From an uncultured Bacteroidales bacterium (GTDB lineage: Bacteria; Bacteroidota; Bacteroidia; Bacteroidales; VadinHA17), in NCBI GenBank assembly GCA_963736675.1, contig CAVTPT010000005.1, positions 128,040-192,039 of the forward strand: a DNA stretch of 64,000 bases, given 5' to 3'. Below are positions 61,728 through 64,000 of this stretch, in pieces (the stretch's first letter is position 1; each line of letters begins with the position of its first letter). The position numbers and the translations under genes are program-made. The notes under the pieces are model-generated. The model had not been told where the DNA came from. It searched no databases and saw only the letters and a program-made list of their open reading frames with translations.

Positions 61728-63155
61728 ATGATAACACAAATTGCCTGGAAGAATATATGGCGAAACAGGACCAGAAGCCTGATTGTCATTGCAGCTTTGA
61801 CAATAGGTGTTTTTGCAGGGGTATTCTCCATTGCCGTGATGAACAGTTCGCTTGTACAGCGTATTGATGCTGCAGTAAATGAGGAGTTGTCACATATTCA
61901 GATAAATAATAAAGATTTCAGGAACAGCGGCGACATCACGAACATGATCGGGGACTATTCAGCGGCCGCCTCCCTGGTTAAGTCTGTCACGGGAGTTAAG
62001 TCCATTACAGGCAGGATAATTATCAGGGGTATTGCCTCCACATCGGCTAAAAGCACAGGGGTTGAAATCAACGGGATTGATACTTTGATTGAAAAGGAGA
62101 TCTTCTCCCTCTCCTCACGTCTTATTCCCGGCACTGGCAGCTATTTCGGATCCGAAACAAAATTCAACAGTGTCTTTGTCGGCGAAAAGCTGGCAAAGGA
62201 ACTGAACATTATCAGGTTCAATCTTACGGCAGAAGCGCTTGGAAAACTTAAAGAGGAGGGTGTCCCGGTTACTGTTATCTCGAAACTTGAATCTCTGGAG
62301 GGGCAGAGGTTTACAACGGAGAAGAAGTTTGAAAAAGCGGTAGCCATCCGGTTATCCGGCGGGGAGAAGAAAAAGTTCGGGTTGAAGATCAGGGAAGCAG
62401 CCTGGTCGTACCGTGAGGGTTCAAGGATAATTCTGTCGTTCCTTGATGTAAATAATGTTCAGACAGGTGCAGCGTTCAGGGTTTGCGGAATTTTCAGGAC
62501 CAATAATGACATGTTTGAAGCGACCTCCCTGTTTGTTCCGGTTAATGAGCTCAGGGAACTGACGGGTATGGAAGAGGGATCATATCACCGCATAATAGTA
62601 CGGCTGGAAGATAACGAGCTTGCAGATGAGGTGACATCCCGGGTGAGGGAAGCGCTTCCCGCGATGGAAGTTATGAGCTGGAAGGAGATTCAGCCCGACC
62701 TGGCCATGATAGCTGATATGATGCAGAAGATATATGCCGTGTTTATGGGGATTATCCTGGCTGCACTCGCTTTCGGTATTGTAAATACAATGCTTATGGC
62801 TGTGCTTGAGAGGACCAGGGAGCTGGGGATGCTGGCCGCAATTGGGATGAACCGCCGTAAAATATTCCTGATGATCATGCTTGAATCGGTCTTTCTGTCG
62901 GTGGTGGGAGGAATTGCCGGAATGGCAGTCAGCGGCGCTGCCATTGCTGCCACCGCTGAAAAAGGGATCAACCTTGTGCAGTATTCCGAGGGACTGGAAG
63001 CATTCGGGTATTCTGCACATCTGTTTCCGGCAATTGATATAGAGTTTTTTATAACGACAACAATACTTATAGTCCTGACCGGGATCCTTTCATCAGTTTA
63101 TCCTGCGCGGAAAGCCCTGAAACTTAACCCGGTGGAAGCCATAAGAACAGATTAA
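61728..63155 (+). CDS. ABC transporter permease, FtsX/MacB/LolC-type (paralog of the preceding gene)
   Basis: 475 aa with the same architecture. The C-terminus has the FtsX-type LERTRELGMLAAIGM motif and ends PARKALKLNPVEAIR. Confidence 0.85.
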   Translation: MITQIAWKNIWRNRTRSLIVIAALTIGVFAGVFSIAVMNSSLVQRIDAAVNEELSHIQINNKDFRNSGDITNMIGDYSAAASLVKSVTGVKSITGRIIIRGIASTSAKSTGVEINGIDTLIEKEIFSLSSRLIPGTGSYFGSETKFNSVFVGEKLAKELNIIRFNLTAEALGKLKEEGVPVTVISKLESLEGQRFTTEKKFEKAVAIRLSGGEKKKFGLKIREAAWSYREGSRIILSFLDVNNVQTGAAFRVCGIFRTNNDMFEATSLFVPVNELRELTGMEEGSYHRIIVRLEDNELADEVTSRVREALPAMEVMSWKEIQPDLAMIADMMQKIYAVFMGIILAALAFGIVNTMLMAVLERTRELGMLAAIGMNRRKIFLMIMLESVFLSVVGGIAGMAVSGAAIAATAEKGINLVQYSEGLEAFGYSAHLFPAIDIEFFITTTILIVLTGILSSVYPARKALKLNPVEAIRTD

Positions 63156-63167
63156 AAACATGATGCC

Positions 63168-63851
63168 ATGAAAGTAATAGAAATCAGGGATCTGCATAAG
63201 ATATACAATTCAACTGAAGTCAAGGTGCACGCAGTCGACGGCGTGACTCTCAATTTTGAGGAGGGTGAGTTTGCAGCTATTGTCGGACCTTCGGGTTCGG
63301 GAAAAACCACACTGCTGAACCTTCTCGGGGGGCTCGATGTGCCAACGTCGGGACAAATCCTTATCGATGGTACGGATCTCTCAAAACTGAAATCATCAGC
63401 TCTTATTGACTTCAGAATGAGAAATATAGGTTTTGTATTCCAGTCGTACAATCTTATCCCGGTACTGACTGCCAGGGAAAATGTTGAATTCATAATGTCG
63501 CTTCAGAAATGGGGGAAGAAGGAGCGCGATGAGCGTACATTCGAATTACTGAAAGCAGTTGGGCTGGCCGACAGGTCCGAAAGCCGTCCTTCAAAGCTTT
63601 CAGGGGGCCAGCAGCAACGAGTGGCCGTTGCCAGAGCACTGGCTTCAAAACCGAAATTTGTCCTTGCTGATGAACCAACTGCCAATCTTGATTCGAAATC
63701 AGCTACCACTCTTCTCGGGATAATGGAGGAACTTAATATTGAGGAGAAGATAACTTTTATTTTTTCGACTCACGATCCGAGAGTTGTAAAAATGGCACGG
63801 CGTATTATCACACTCGAAGACGGAAAAATAGTATCAGATGACAGGAGGTGA
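63168..63851 (+). CDS. ABC transporter ATP-binding protein (MacB/LolD-like)
   Basis: 227 aa. Contains Walker A GPSGSGKTTLL, the signature LSGGQQQRVAVARAL and Walker B FVLADEPT. Confidence 0.95.
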   Translation: MKVIEIRDLHKIYNSTEVKVHAVDGVTLNFEEGEFAAIVGPSGSGKTTLLNLLGGLDVPTSGQILIDGTDLSKLKSSALIDFRMRNIGFVFQSYNLIPVLTARENVEFIMSLQKWGKKERDERTFELLKAVGLADRSESRPSKLSGGQQQRVAVARALASKPKFVLADEPTANLDSKSATTLLGIMEELNIEEKITFIFSTHDPRVVKMARRIITLEDGKIVSDDRR

Positions 63852-64000
63852 CATATAATTACGATTGTTATGGTTAAACACACATGTATCGAAAAACCTA
63901 ATACGTATGTATATAATATTCTGACATGTGGGTTCCATCAGACCATTAAAATAAAATTATTTACGTATGAGACGATTATTGGTCTTGTCTTTAATAATAT

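Noticed and set aside
63967-64000. ATG followed by MRRLLVLSLII..., a possible start of a secreted protein downstream of the ABC operon.
   Set aside because: Only 11 codons are visible before the window ends, so it cannot be supported as a gene.
1-64000. Search for mobile elements, prophage remnants, toxin-antitoxin pairs, restriction-modification genes or other defence systems.
   Set aside because: No transposase, integrase, recombinase, tRNA attachment site, nuclease/helicase/methylase module or abrupt compositional island was recognisable. Every gene over 100 aa has a plausible housekeeping, envelope or regulatory assignment. I therefore do not claim a novel defence or mobile system in this window.

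Overview
This 64-kb segment looks like ordinary core chromosome of a Bacteroidota (Bacteroidia-like) organism. The assignment rests on TAnnTTTG-type promoter boxes, the DUF4271-hemD-rnpA arrangement, many TonB/ECF/lipoprotein genes and a roughly 40-45% GC impression. I call 59 densely packed protein-coding genes, many with overlapping or near-abutting stop/start codons. I found no rRNA, tRNA, CRISPR array, transposase, integrase, phage gene or recognisable defence gene. Gene content: DNA repair and replication (uvrC 3-prime part, polA); glycolysis (two different phosphofructokinases); late heme synthesis (hemN-hemY-hemH, plus hemD elsewhere); Moco/sulfur-carrier genes (moaD, moaE, moeB-like); tRNA/rRNA-related genes (rnpA, queD, dtd, rsgA, selU, U32 peptidase); envelope genes (lspA, creD, AsmA-like, S41 protease, ECF sigma/anti-sigma/OMP trio); transporters (three MFS, mntP, TonB-dependent receptor, FtsX/ABC module); and regulators (ArsR, wHTH, FNR-like, TetR, two histidine kinases). 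I see no convincing novel defence island or mobile element. The most unusual items, all needing database or experimental confirmation, are six. (1) A TonB receptor and an AmpG/PAT-type MFS permease are translationally coupled to hemN-hemY-hemH, next to an FNR-like regulator. (2) A TetR regulator carries a textbook EF-hand Ca-binding loop and heads a LolA-like/FtsX/ABC operon. (3) A hybrid histidine kinase has Tyr in place of the phospho-accepting His (DivL-like) and degenerate ATP-lid motifs. (4) A signal-peptide-less GH16-fold protein has the catalytic ExDxxE replaced by HLDICR and carries four ~65-aa N-terminal repeats. (5) A 24-nt compound palindrome is duplicated at the same distance upstream of creD and of the membrane-protein/wHTH operon. 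(6) An Fe/Mn superoxide dismutase appears to be secreted.
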